Source: a virus
IMG/VR virus record: IMGVR_UViG_3300009618_000019
Length of the DNA stretch: 37,089 nt
Reading direction: 5' to 3' (one strand)
Below are positions 23,146-31,847 of the stretch, one piece after another. The first letter of the stretch is position 1; every line of letters starts with the position of its first letter. The position numbers were made by a program, and so were the translations under genes. The notes under the pieces are model-generated. The model was not told the DNA's origin, searched no databases, and saw only the letters and a list, made by a program, of their open reading frames with translations.

Positions 23146-26100
23146 TGATTTTCACGCTCCAGTTTAGTAGCAAGGCCTCTTAGTTGTTGAGGGTTAAGAT
23201 TGTCTTTATAATCATTCAATGTTTTGCGCATCTCGTTCTTCTCAGGAGACTCTGGCATTGCTTGAATCTTCTTTGCAAAGAGTGGCGCAAGCTGCTGCTG
23301 TTCTTGTTCGTCAGCGACCTTCCAGACGCGGAAGAAAGGCTCAGGCGTGAGATGCCTGGATTCCTGAACAAGCTGGGAATCGTTGTAGGTTTTCGTCAGA
23401 TAAGGAACCTCAGAGCGCTTTAGGCGAAGCTGTCCAATACCCACAACGTGCTTTCCGTTTCCACGAACCGCATTAACTACGTCGTCCCTGGAAATCCCAC
23501 CTGCCTGAACCTGTTGACGCAGGTATTTGAAAGTATTACGCTGTTCTAGTTCAAGGTCGGTTTGAGGCTCAGCCTTTGGAAGTTTGTCGAACTCGCGGAA
23601 GGCAACTGTCTCTGCTGGAGTTCTATACTTCTTTGTTTGAAGCCCAAAAGAAGATAGTAAGGAACTTATGACTTCATGATTGTCCTGTGGCTGCCGCAAT
23701 CCTTTATCAAGCTTTGCTGCAATTGCCTGTATAGCACCCTGCACAGGAATTGGTAGGCCTGAATTGAAAGCATCAAGCAGCTGTTGATCGCGTGTTGCTC
23801 TATTGCCAAAAGCATCTGTATTGGAAGCAAGTTCAATCGAAGGTCGCAATAAAGGATTCAGTCTGTGTTCTACTGCAAGGTTTCGATCTCCATACTTGAT
23901 TTGATTGCGTGTTCCAAGAGCTAATTCAATCGCGTCACCTTGAGCAGAACGCATACTTACACTGTACTTGCCAACATGAAGCCTGTTCCATTCGCCCCAT
24001 GTATCGGGGTTGTTTGCATGAAAATCTGACTTACCATTGATCGCAAGATTTAAGCCTTGAATAACAGCAAAGGTCGTTGCCATACCGAGACCAAGTGCCC
24101 AACGCGACTCGCTTCCACCGGGACGAAAGGCATCTGCAACAAAGCCAGCACGTGCCGTTAAAAAGTCAGGAGCCAGAAGCAAAAAGCCTAAAGCATCCTG
24201 TCCCGTCTTTCCAAGGCCTAGACGAGCAAAGTTAATTCCACCGAAAGCGAAGTTTGCTTGAGCCACACTTCTACGATAGATATAACCCTGCGCCAGTTGA
24301 CTTGCAATCTTGGTTTGTTCAGCAAGAGGCAAATTTGGTGCTTTGGCTTGTACGTTCTTTAGTTCACGTGCAGTCCACTTATCAAGGTAGATATTCCGAT
24401 TTCGCTTTAGTGCATCTAGATAGGTTCTCATCATTAGGTCTGGTCGGACCTTATTAAAGGTGAGATTATGAATAAGTCTATCTACAGCACCGAGCACAGG
24501 GCTATGTTCCGTTAAGCCACCTTTACCAGACAAACCTTCTGAAACAGATGCACCTGGATCGAGTGGACTTCTCAATTCCAAACCATGAATAATTCCCTGT
24601 TGCTGATCGAGGTCATTAAGGTCAACAACACGCTCTGCATGAAAAGGGTTTAGCGTTTTTAATGTATCAACAGTTAGTGTTTTAGAGACAGCACCCACCA
24701 TTGCATGTTCTGCCGCATGTGTCGTAAGCTGAACGGCGTGAAAACCACTAAGACTTAGCAAAGTAGACTTCGCAGTATTCCGCACATTCACAGCAGCGTT
24801 CAAAGGTGCATACTGCCTGAATAAACTGGGGTCCATCTCCTTGCGGATATAGCCAATCTCATCAGGATGAACCCAAACATCAGACATTCCAAGGATCGGT
24901 TTGCCACCCGTATCGGTTCCCCACCAACGCCAGTCTGTAAAAGCTGGATGCTCATAAGGAACATAAGGACGCCCATCTGCAGCTTGTGCAGCAGGCGGCA
25001 ATCCTGTTTTTAGATAGACTGCACCTTTCCCGCCTTCTGCGGGATCAACATGAGTAAAGGCACGGTTGAAAGCAAGCACAGGTTGACCGTCTGCGCTATT
25101 AGTCTCACGTAGACGTGCTACCATGTCTCTGTTAGCAATAACACGTGCCGATGTTAAGCCACGTTGTGCAATAAGATAAGCGCCATCCATGCTTGTCGGC
25201 TGTAATCCACGCGTAAGACCCTCATAATAAGTCATAGCGTGCCGCATCTTCATGAATGAAGCAGTTGTTTGATAACCAGAGCTTCCGCGAAGCCCCTTAA
25301 TTGCATCACGAAGTGTTGCACCAGGCTTAAAGGCGTGCATCCAATAATCAGAAAGTGCTTGGTATGTTAGACCTTTGTTGTGTTCCCAATCAACAAGGTC
25401 ATCATTATATTTCCGATAACGCTCCGCGAAAGCCTTTTCAGAATCTGTTAAGTTAAGCGCCGCTTGAAAAATCGGATGCGCTTTCTTAAACGCGCGACTA
25501 CTCGCCATAAGCGATTGGATTTGATCGGCTTGGGCCTGAAGGTTAGCTCTAGCTTCTTCATCTGAATACCTATAAATGACGCCGCGACCTTCGGGAGTTC
25601 CTTCAGGTACTGGGCCTTCTGCATGTGCAATATAGGATTCCGCGTGTGCAACAATTGCTGCACGGCGAATTGGATCAGGATGTAATTCCTCGAACGTTCT
25701 TATGAAAGGTTCGTGTTTAGCTGCCAGGCGAAGTTGATCGAAATTGCGTTCACCAAAAGCCTGATATGTTGCAGATAGTTCGTTGGTATCTGCAAACTTC
25801 TGCCAAGCCTGTTGCAACATGGGATAAGTATTCTGTACTGCTGTTGCTAAGCTACTCTTAGCAGCTTCCATAAATGCCGGAACGCGTTGCATCTCACCCT
25901 GCAACCAGCGATTAAACTTTACCTGTAAAGGTTCCTTAACTGTTGGTTGTTGTGCTAAATCCTTTGCAAATGCGTCAATCGGGTGATTCGGGTCTGGTCT
26001 AAGGAATTCATCCATCGACGCTGCACCAGACGCAGGCGTTGCCGCACGCACCGCGCGCCGGTACATCTCAGTAATAGGGTTCGCGTGGAAGGTTGTTTCT

Positions 26101-29100
26101 CCACTCTTCAAACGCTTTAAGGTATTTACTGTACTTTGAAGTGCGTTTTCGTCGCCTGCCTTTAACTTCGAGACGAAGAGTTTAAGCGCACCTACGTAAG
26201 CTTTAGGTAAATCCTCCGAGGATTCCCCAAGACGCTCGCGTAGAACCTGCTTTAACAATGGAAAAGCACCTTCCGTTTGTTTAGGAAAGGCCTCACGTAT
26301 TGCAGCTTCTGCCTTATTTGTTGCAGCTAAAAGGCTAGAACTCGTACCTTCCGTGTTCGGGGCGACAGGACGGACTTCGGCGCTGCTTGCTGCCGGGGTC
26401 GCTTCGGTGGTCGAAACGGGTTTTTGAACGACGGTGGACGCGACGGCGTTGTTGGCTTGGGCTCCAGTATGCTTGGGGTCATATAATTCCTTCGGCAGTT
26501 GCGCCTTTATGGCATCAGGTAAAGCATCAATTTCCTGTGCAAGCTTGCTGGGTTTAGACGTACCACTCCGCTTCGCTTCCCACAAAGGAACTCTATCACG
26601 TAATGCTTGTGTTCCGCGTTCAATTGCAGCTTGCAGAACAGCCTGGTGTCCACGCATCTGCGCTTCATGCCAAGCTTCGTTACGCATTCCAAGACCGGCT
26701 TCATCTGCGGTTACTACACTAAGGCCATTTGTATCTAGTGTAGATGCTAGTCCTGCGCGCGCTTTAGGTGTAGAAAGATTATATTCTGCAGGAACCCCAT
26801 TCGTTCCAACAGCCAAAGCGTTAGGAAGAACAGCGCCTTGATTTTGTTCCTCGCGTTCGACACGCATACGATCTTCGGGAGACATAAGCTCCCGCAAGTT
26901 GCGAGCGTTCTTTAGGCCTGCTGCTGTAGCATTCTCAGGATTGATGTGAGCTAGTGGCTGAACAGCATCTGTGTTCTTGCCTGGTTTCTTTCCAACCTCT
27001 AATTTAGATCGAAGATCATCATACTGCTGCCCAGACAACCTCCACTCACCATCTTCGTTATAAAGAGACTCTGGTACAACCTTAAGCGTTTTCGCTACCG
27101 CATCAACGGTAGCTTTTTCTTTTGTATCTAATGCTTCGTACTTCGCGTTCGTATCCAGAAAAGGATTGTCTGGACCACCTTGCAATTCTGTAGGTGGCGT
27201 CCATTCAGGTGCACGTTTCTTAAACTCCGCAAAATCTTCGTCGGAAAAAAGTTGAGTACCTGCTTTACGGACAGCATTCTCAACATGAAAACGATCCTCA
27301 CCAGCCTGCTTTAGTTGCGTAAGCTTTGCAATCGTCTGAACAACCGGACGAAACTCTCCCTCCATCGCGTTAGCCTGCGCAATGTTGCCACGTGGTTTTA
27401 CTTGGGGCTTAGGCGTTGTGGGCGTTTGCTGGGAGGGGTTTATGGCCTGGGGTTGGGGGGTCTCTGCGGGCGCTCGTTCTGCTTCGGACTTTATCGTAAA
27501 GACCTTGGCAGGAACCTGCTCTCCCTGGCGGGTTGCATACTCTGCTCGATGAGTTCCATCATAGAGATAGTCTCCATGATCTGTACGCAATACCTCAACC
27601 GGAGGCATGTCTTTTACATTGGCTCCAGCCTCCTGCCAATCTGACAGCTTCTTTTCATTCGTCCAATCCTGCACCCGATGCAGCGTCGAAGGATCGATAT
27701 TCTCGTTCCCGACAGAAACTACAGAAGTGTTGGGTTGCTTTTCAAGCCATGCAGATAGAGTATAGCCACTGTTCTTTCCCACCTTAAGCATTTCCAAAGT
27801 CTTTGCATCAGGCTTGGGCTTTGGAACTACAGGCGCAGCCTCCGGAGCTGGTTTATCAAAATCCAAAGGCATCTGCCAAGGATTCTCAGGAAACTGAAAA
27901 GCCGTTTGCGCAGAAGGACCTTCAGGAACACCTGCTGCACGTTCCTCGGGAACCAGACTTAGCTGGCGGGGTTCATTTGGAAACAACCGCAGTTGTCCGT
28001 TCGCTTCAGCCAGTGGAGGCTGTGCAGTAATTTTTTGTTCCGGTAACTGCGACCAATCAAAAGAACCTTGTACAGGCGGTGTCGGTAGGGCATTTCCTTC
28101 AAACGGTAGTTGTAACTGTTCAGGATTCCTCATGGGCGGAACGTTAGGCGGTGGAATATTTATGGTTGGAGCTGAAGAAGGACGCCTTGCAGCATTTTGT
28201 GGAATATCACCCCAAGGCCTTAAAGCCGTAGGTGCACCAATTTCTCTACCGTTCGCATCATACGGACGTAACCAAGGCTCATTTGGATGCTCTGCCATCT
28301 GTCCCCGCAGATAACCAGGAATTATTCCTTCCCAGTAAACAGGGTTGTTTGGATCGACGCGCGGCCCCACAAATGGTTTGGAACCCTTAAAGACACTTCT
28401 TCCAGCTAAAGCAGTCATAACAGCACCAGCAACACCCGACCCTGCTGTTTCGGCCTGCGCTTGAGAAATTCGATCTATTGCTTTTTGGTATTCAGGAATT
28501 TCAGAAGTACGTCCATATGCTTGTGCATCTTGAAGTGCTTGTTGATATGCTTGTTTCTGTTTATGAAGTTCGATTTCCTGTGAGCCTGCTCCAACGACGG
28601 CCTTGCCTCCTTGTGCTGCAAAATAAGCAGGAAGAAGTTTTTCAAGAACAGGTGTTAGTACTGGAGCAACACCACTTGCAGCTTCTCCTACAGGTCCCGC
28701 CATCTTCATTGTAAGAAGGCTGCCCGGTGTTGTCAAACCGCTTACAATCTTCGCTGCTCCTGTTCCAAAAGATCTTACTGCACCAGGCCGTTCTGCACCG
28801 CTTTTACCAACATTCGCCATCTCCTCAAAGGAGAGTGTTTGTCCGTGTTGACGGTCTGCATCTTCAGTCAACGGATTCAGATGCGACTGCATCCAATCAG
28901 GTGCGTTTGGAAAGTTCCTCCGAACAGCATCACCGAGAGATGTATTACGAACCGTGTTTAGTGCAGACTCCCAAAATCCGGGAGTATGTGGGCCAACAGT
29001 ATCAGACGGCTGTGGTAATGCAGCTGGCTGTCTTGTAGGCAAGTCAGTATATTGCGTATTTTTACTAGGCGGAAGGTCCGTATAAGGAGGCATTATTTCC

Positions 29101-29102
29101 AA
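23142..29102 (-). CDS. giant internal virion/ejection (polyvalent-like) protein, 1986 aa
   Basis: Position after two smaller ejection-like genes; Pro/Ala/Gln-rich linkers; ParB/Srx-like segment (PPVEV...YLYDGTHRAEYA). Confidence 0.75.
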   Translation of the reverse strand: MEIMPPYTDLPPSKNTQYTDLPTRQPAALPQPSDTVGPHTPGFWESALNTVRNTSLGDAVRRNFPNAPDWMQSHLNPLTEDADRQHGQTLSFEEMANVGKSGAERPGAVRSFGTGAAKIVSGLTTPGSLLTMKMAGPVGEAASGVAPVLTPVLEKLLPAYFAAQGGKAVVGAGSQEIELHKQKQAYQQALQDAQAYGRTSEIPEYQKAIDRISQAQAETAGSGVAGAVMTALAGRSVFKGSKPFVGPRVDPNNPVYWEGIIPGYLRGQMAEHPNEPWLRPYDANGREIGAPTALRPWGDIPQNAARRPSSAPTINIPPPNVPPMRNPEQLQLPFEGNALPTPPVQGSFDWSQLPEQKITAQPPLAEANGQLRLFPNEPRQLSLVPEERAAGVPEGPSAQTAFQFPENPWQMPLDFDKPAPEAAPVVPKPKPDAKTLEMLKVGKNSGYTLSAWLEKQPNTSVVSVGNENIDPSTLHRVQDWTNEKKLSDWQEAGANVKDMPPVEVLRTDHGDYLYDGTHRAEYATRQGEQVPAKVFTIKSEAERAPAETPQPQAINPSQQTPTTPKPQVKPRGNIAQANAMEGEFRPVVQTIAKLTQLKQAGEDRFHVENAVRKAGTQLFSDEDFAEFKKRAPEWTPPTELQGGPDNPFLDTNAKYEALDTKEKATVDAVAKTLKVVPESLYNEDGEWRLSGQQYDDLRSKLEVGKKPGKNTDAVQPLAHINPENATAAGLKNARNLRELMSPEDRMRVEREEQNQGAVLPNALAVGTNGVPAEYNLSTPKARAGLASTLDTNGLSVVTADEAGLGMRNEAWHEAQMRGHQAVLQAAIERGTQALRDRVPLWEAKRSGTSKPSKLAQEIDALPDAIKAQLPKELYDPKHTGAQANNAVASTVVQKPVSTTEATPAASSAEVRPVAPNTEGTSSSLLAATNKAEAAIREAFPKQTEGAFPLLKQVLRERLGESSEDLPKAYVGALKLFVSKLKAGDENALQSTVNTLKRLKSGETTFHANPITEMYRRAVRAATPASGAASMDEFLRPDPNHPIDAFAKDLAQQPTVKEPLQVKFNRWLQGEMQRVPAFMEAAKSSLATAVQNTYPMLQQAWQKFADTNELSATYQAFGERNFDQLRLAAKHEPFIRTFEELHPDPIRRAAIVAHAESYIAHAEGPVPEGTPEGRGVIYRYSDEEARANLQAQADQIQSLMASSRAFKKAHPIFQAALNLTDSEKAFAERYRKYNDDLVDWEHNKGLTYQALSDYWMHAFKPGATLRDAIKGLRGSSGYQTTASFMKMRHAMTYYEGLTRGLQPTSMDGAYLIAQRGLTSARVIANRDMVARLRETNSADGQPVLAFNRAFTHVDPAEGGKGAVYLKTGLPPAAQAADGRPYVPYEHPAFTDWRWWGTDTGGKPILGMSDVWVHPDEIGYIRKEMDPSLFRQYAPLNAAVNVRNTAKSTLLSLSGFHAVQLTTHAAEHAMVGAVSKTLTVDTLKTLNPFHAERVVDLNDLDQQQGIIHGLELRSPLDPGASVSEGLSGKGGLTEHSPVLGAVDRLIHNLTFNKVRPDLMMRTYLDALKRNRNIYLDKWTARELKNVQAKAPNLPLAEQTKIASQLAQGYIYRRSVAQANFAFGGINFARLGLGKTGQDALGFLLLAPDFLTARAGFVADAFRPGGSESRWALGLGMATTFAVIQGLNLAINGKSDFHANNPDTWGEWNRLHVGKYSVSMRSAQGDAIELALGTRNQIKYGDRNLAVEHRLNPLLRPSIELASNTDAFGNRATRDQQLLDAFNSGLPIPVQGAIQAIAAKLDKGLRQPQDNHEVISSLLSSFGLQTKKYRTPAETVAFREFDKLPKAEPQTDLELEQRNTFKYLRQQVQAGGISRDDVVNAVRGNGKHVVGIGQLRLKRSEVPYLTKTYNDSQLVQESRHLTPEPFFRVWKVADEQEQQQLAPLFAKKIQAMPESPEKNEMRKTLNDYKDNLNPQQLRGLATKLERENQ
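27433..27452 (+). repeat. motif copy inside the giant ORF (18/20), left arm of putative element 7
   Basis: GAGGGGTTTATGGCCTGGGG; encodes PQAINPS on the coding strand. Confidence 0.8.
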
Positions 29103-30412
29103 GTACCATCGGCTTGCTTTGTCAACCCCGACGCTGGATCGCGATAACCGACAGGTGCGGGGTTGTTATTATTCGACTTTGCTTGCTTCTTCGGCTGCAC
29201 GTTGCTACCGGGTGTCGTAAAGGCATCCAGTTTGCGCTTGCTTTCATTCACAGCATTTGTAAGAGCTTGCCGCTTAGTGTTCTCTTCTGCAGTAGTATAT
29301 AGGAACTGATTCTTCGCAACTTCCGATTCAAAGGCTTGGAGCGCCTGAGCAGCCGTCCTATTCTCTTCCTTTGCTGCATTAAGAGCATCTGTATCGGACT
29401 TCGATCCCGCACCAATGTTCGCTACAGTAATTCTGCCACTATTAGCAACCTTAGCAACGTTGAGCTTACTCTGATGCTCTTCGTTAATCTTACGTTGTAA
29501 AGCAGAACTGTGTGCTTCGATATAAACAACAGGGTCCACATTGTATGGATCGCCACCAGCATCTTGAAGCGCCTTGTCTACCTTTGCCTGTTCCTCTGGA
29601 TTAAGCGCCACATCCTTCATCATCTGAACAAGTCCAACATTCTGATGGAAGCGCAGCGTCTGGGCCACAATATTTGCCTGTGTGCGCTTGATGTCGTTAA
29701 GCTCTTCGCGCGTTGCATCCATGTCTCCATAGTGCTTAACAAGGGCATCATCGCGTGCGGCTTGAGCTTGCTCGAACTGCTGCTTAATCTGTTCGCCCTT
29801 CAAACCCGCAACCTGCTGCGCCTGCGCGAAAGGCATCATTAACTGATTGTTGTACTTTTCCGCGCGCGCCGCATTAGAGTTTAACATCCCCTGCGCAACG
29901 TTACTAATCCCTTCGCCCCAGGTTCGACTGCCCTGCGTAAAGGCAGCACCTTCCAAACCACGTTCTATCATCTCCGACAGAACTGGATGGTTCACATGGG
30001 CTGCAGGATTTGTAATGAACATATCCGGGCTGGCACCCTGCACTGTAGACTGTAGTTGTTCCGGCGAGATTCCATACTGGCCCAACAGCTGTTGAACCTC
30101 TGGGTGCATAAGAACATCTGGGCTCATAACGCCAGGCATATTCATACCAGGCTGCCCACCAGGCCCCAAACCCCTCCCACCAGCCGTCGCCTTCGGGGTT
30201 GGATAATGTTGACGCACAGCCATTGAATCCCGCAGCATCTCGGTTCGCGCAGGTGAAACTTCAGGCTTACTAACCTCTTGTTTTGGAGGAGGGGGTAGCT
30301 GGGGTCCAGTAGGATCGCCCCCACTCAGCAAAGGATCAAGCCCAATTGCACTACCGATTGCATGTACAAAAGCGTTGTAGGAGTCGCCTCCCGTACCAAA
30401 TGAGAGTGCCAT
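29093..30412 (-). CDS. probable internal virion/ejection protein (439 aa)
   Basis: Gly/Gln/Ala-rich with coiled-coil character; synteny typical of podovirus ejection genes. Confidence 0.65.
   Translation of the reverse strand: MALSFGTGGDSYNAFVHAIGSAIGLDPLLSGGDPTGPQLPPPPKQEVSKPEVSPARTEMLRDSMAVRQHYPTPKATAGGRGLGPGGQPGMNMPGVMSPDVLMHPEVQQLLGQYGISPEQLQSTVQGASPDMFITNPAAHVNHPVLSEMIERGLEGAAFTQGSRTWGEGISNVAQGMLNSNAARAEKYNNQLMMPFAQAQQVAGLKGEQIKQQFEQAQAARDDALVKHYGDMDATREELNDIKRTQANIVAQTLRFHQNVGLVQMMKDVALNPEEQAKVDKALQDAGGDPYNVDPVVYIEAHSSALQRKINEEHQSKLNVAKVANSGRITVANIGAGSKSDTDALNAAKEENRTAAQALQAFESEVAKNQFLYTTAEENTKRQALTNAVNESKRKLDAFTTPGSNVQPKKQAKSNNNNPAPVGYRDPASGLTKQADGTWK
30157..30176 (-). repeat. motif copy inside the 439-aa ORF (17/20), right arm of putative element 7
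   Basis: CACCAGGCCCCAAACCCCTC; the mismatches are confined to the central triplet. Confidence 0.65.
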
Positions 30413-30421
30413 CTTTTATCC

Positions 30422-31096
30422 TTAATAACTTGGTGCGCCCACTGAGTTTGCAAAACTATTCATCCATTGCCCACTAAACGGATTTGGGGGAGGACCTGAA
30501 TTAAAATTAAGCTGTTGTGGCATCGTGCCCATTGTATTTGCGTAACTTCCTGCACTAGCACCACCGCCCCCGCCACCATAACCTGCACTAAAACCCTGTC
30601 CACCCATCATAGAACCGAGACCAGGCATAAGCATATTCATAGCAGCACCGGCAACCTGTGGAAGCCATGTACCTAAACCACCAGTGGATTGCGTGGTATT
30701 CTGACCAGTCTGCAGCGGCTGATAAGCTTGCATGGACATTGCAGCAAGGCTTCGATTCTGAAGGGCTGAATTCATTGCTGTGTTAAACGCATTGCTTTGT
30801 GTCATCGACCCTTGAATCTGATTGCGGTTAATCAAAGCATTTGTATAACCACCAGAGTTGCTTAAAATACCACCGCCAGTCCGTGCATTCTGAAGGGAAT
30901 TAGCCATACTGCGTTGGTTAACCTGATTTGCGCCAGCTTGCTGCTGAGCTAATTGATTCTGGAAGTAGCTATTCCCCAAGGGATTCTGTACCATCTGCAT
31001 CAACTGCGACGCAACCTGCGGCTGAAACATGTTGTAAGAATTCATTGAATTCGGATTATATTGATTTGTTGCGTTTGTTTGCGTCGTTGTAGGCAT
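30422..31096 (-). CDS. probable small ejection protein (Gln/Asn/Gly-rich, 224 aa)
   Basis: Composition and hydrophobic GGLGTWLPQVAGAA segment; synteny. Confidence 0.65.
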   Translation of the reverse strand: MPTTTQTNATNQYNPNSMNSYNMFQPQVASQLMQMVQNPLGNSYFQNQLAQQQAGANQVNQRSMANSLQNARTGGGILSNSGGYTNALINRNQIQGSMTQSNAFNTAMNSALQNRSLAAMSMQAYQPLQTGQNTTQSTGGLGTWLPQVAGAAMNMLMPGLGSMMGGQGFSAGYGGGGGGASAGSYANTMGTMPQQLNFNSGPPPNPFSGQWMNSFANSVGAPSY

Positions 31097-31434
31097 TAGA
31101 GTACCTTCTTATATCGAATCATTGGTTCAGGACTAATCGGTTCAGCACCAAGTCTTTCAATCACATTTCTATAAACAGTATCCGCGGCGGGAATGTTAAA
31201 GTAAACTTCAGTCACGCCTTGAAGACGAAGTGCCGTTTCCAAGTTGGTTAGAAAGAACAGCTTACGCTTGTCCGAAGTTTCTGGATCAAAAACAAACTGA
31301 TCTAACTCGCGACAAATCCTATGTACAGCAAAATCTTTACCCCCAAAGGTAACAACTGTTGATGTCGGAGTTATATCTAATTTATCCGCAATGGGATTTA
31401 CTTCATCTACAGTAGCGAGTCTTATTACGTCCAT
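31096..31434 (-). CDS. GNAT-like virion-assembly-associated protein
   Basis: IRLATVDE start and YRNVIERLGA near the end resemble GNAT edges; located between tail and ejection genes as in many podoviruses. Confidence 0.5.
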   Translation of the reverse strand: MDVIRLATVDEVNPIADKLDITPTSTVVTFGGKDFAVHRICRELDQFVFDPETSDKRKLFFLTNLETALRLQGVTEVYFNIPAADTVYRNVIERLGAEPISPEPMIRYKKVL

Positions 31435-31444
31435 GAAATCCTTC

Positions 31445-31464
31445 GAGGGGTTTATAGCCTGGTG
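31445..31464 (+). repeat. orphan perfect motif copy
   Basis: GAGGGGTTTATAGCCTGGTG; contains the TAA stop of the 31452-31676 gene on the minus strand. Confidence 0.95.
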
Positions 31465-31676
31465 GTTAGAACGAGGTCGATGTCGAGCTTCTTTGCGATC
31501 TGCTGAAGTGCGCTGTAAATATTTGTTAGGTGTACTTCCTTTAGTTCGTCCAGGAACTCTCGGTCTTCATCGTAGCCTCGAATCAGACGATACAGAAATC
31601 TTACAGCAGTACCAAGAAGTACGGCACCGACTCCTGTATAGTAAACGGTTGCAGCAATATGAGACCACTTTTCCAT
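31452..31676 (-). CDS. small membrane protein, possible holin
   Basis: One hydrophobic helix (VYYTGVGAVLLGTAV) followed by a charged tail. Confidence 0.5.
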   Translation of the reverse strand: MEKWSHIAATVYYTGVGAVLLGTAVRFLYRLIRGYDEDREFLDELKEVHLTNIYSALQQIAKKLDIDLVLTTRL

Positions 31677-31679
31677 TGG

Positions 31680-31847
31680 TTATTTGGGCTTTCCGAGGTC
31701 TGGATTATTTGTTAGGATTGTTTTTAGAATACCTTGAATATGGGCGATGTCTGTGGTGTGATTGTTCAGAACCGCTTCTTTGTCTGTTGCCCATCTCTGA
31801 ATAACAGGTGAATCAGGATGCGAGCTGGGTAAACGAAGTTTAATCAT
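31680..31847 (-). CDS. small hypothetical protein (55 aa, MIKLRLPSSHP...), below the ORF-track cutoff
   Basis: ATG overlaps the upstream stop (TAATG); open to TAA at 31680-31682. Confidence 0.65.
   Translation of the reverse strand: MIKLRLPSSHPDSPVIQRWATDKEAVLNNHTTDIAHIQGILKTILTNNPDLGKPK

Noticed and set aside
16139-25338. Weak motif-like matches at 16139-16158 and 25319-25338 (also near 2790 and 32851)
   Set aside because: Only 11-13/20 identity with one half-site missing; compatible with chance.
23142-29102. Virion RNA polymerase (N4-like) call for the 1986-aa protein
   Set aside because: No recognisable single-subunit or double-psi RNAP catalytic motifs were seen.
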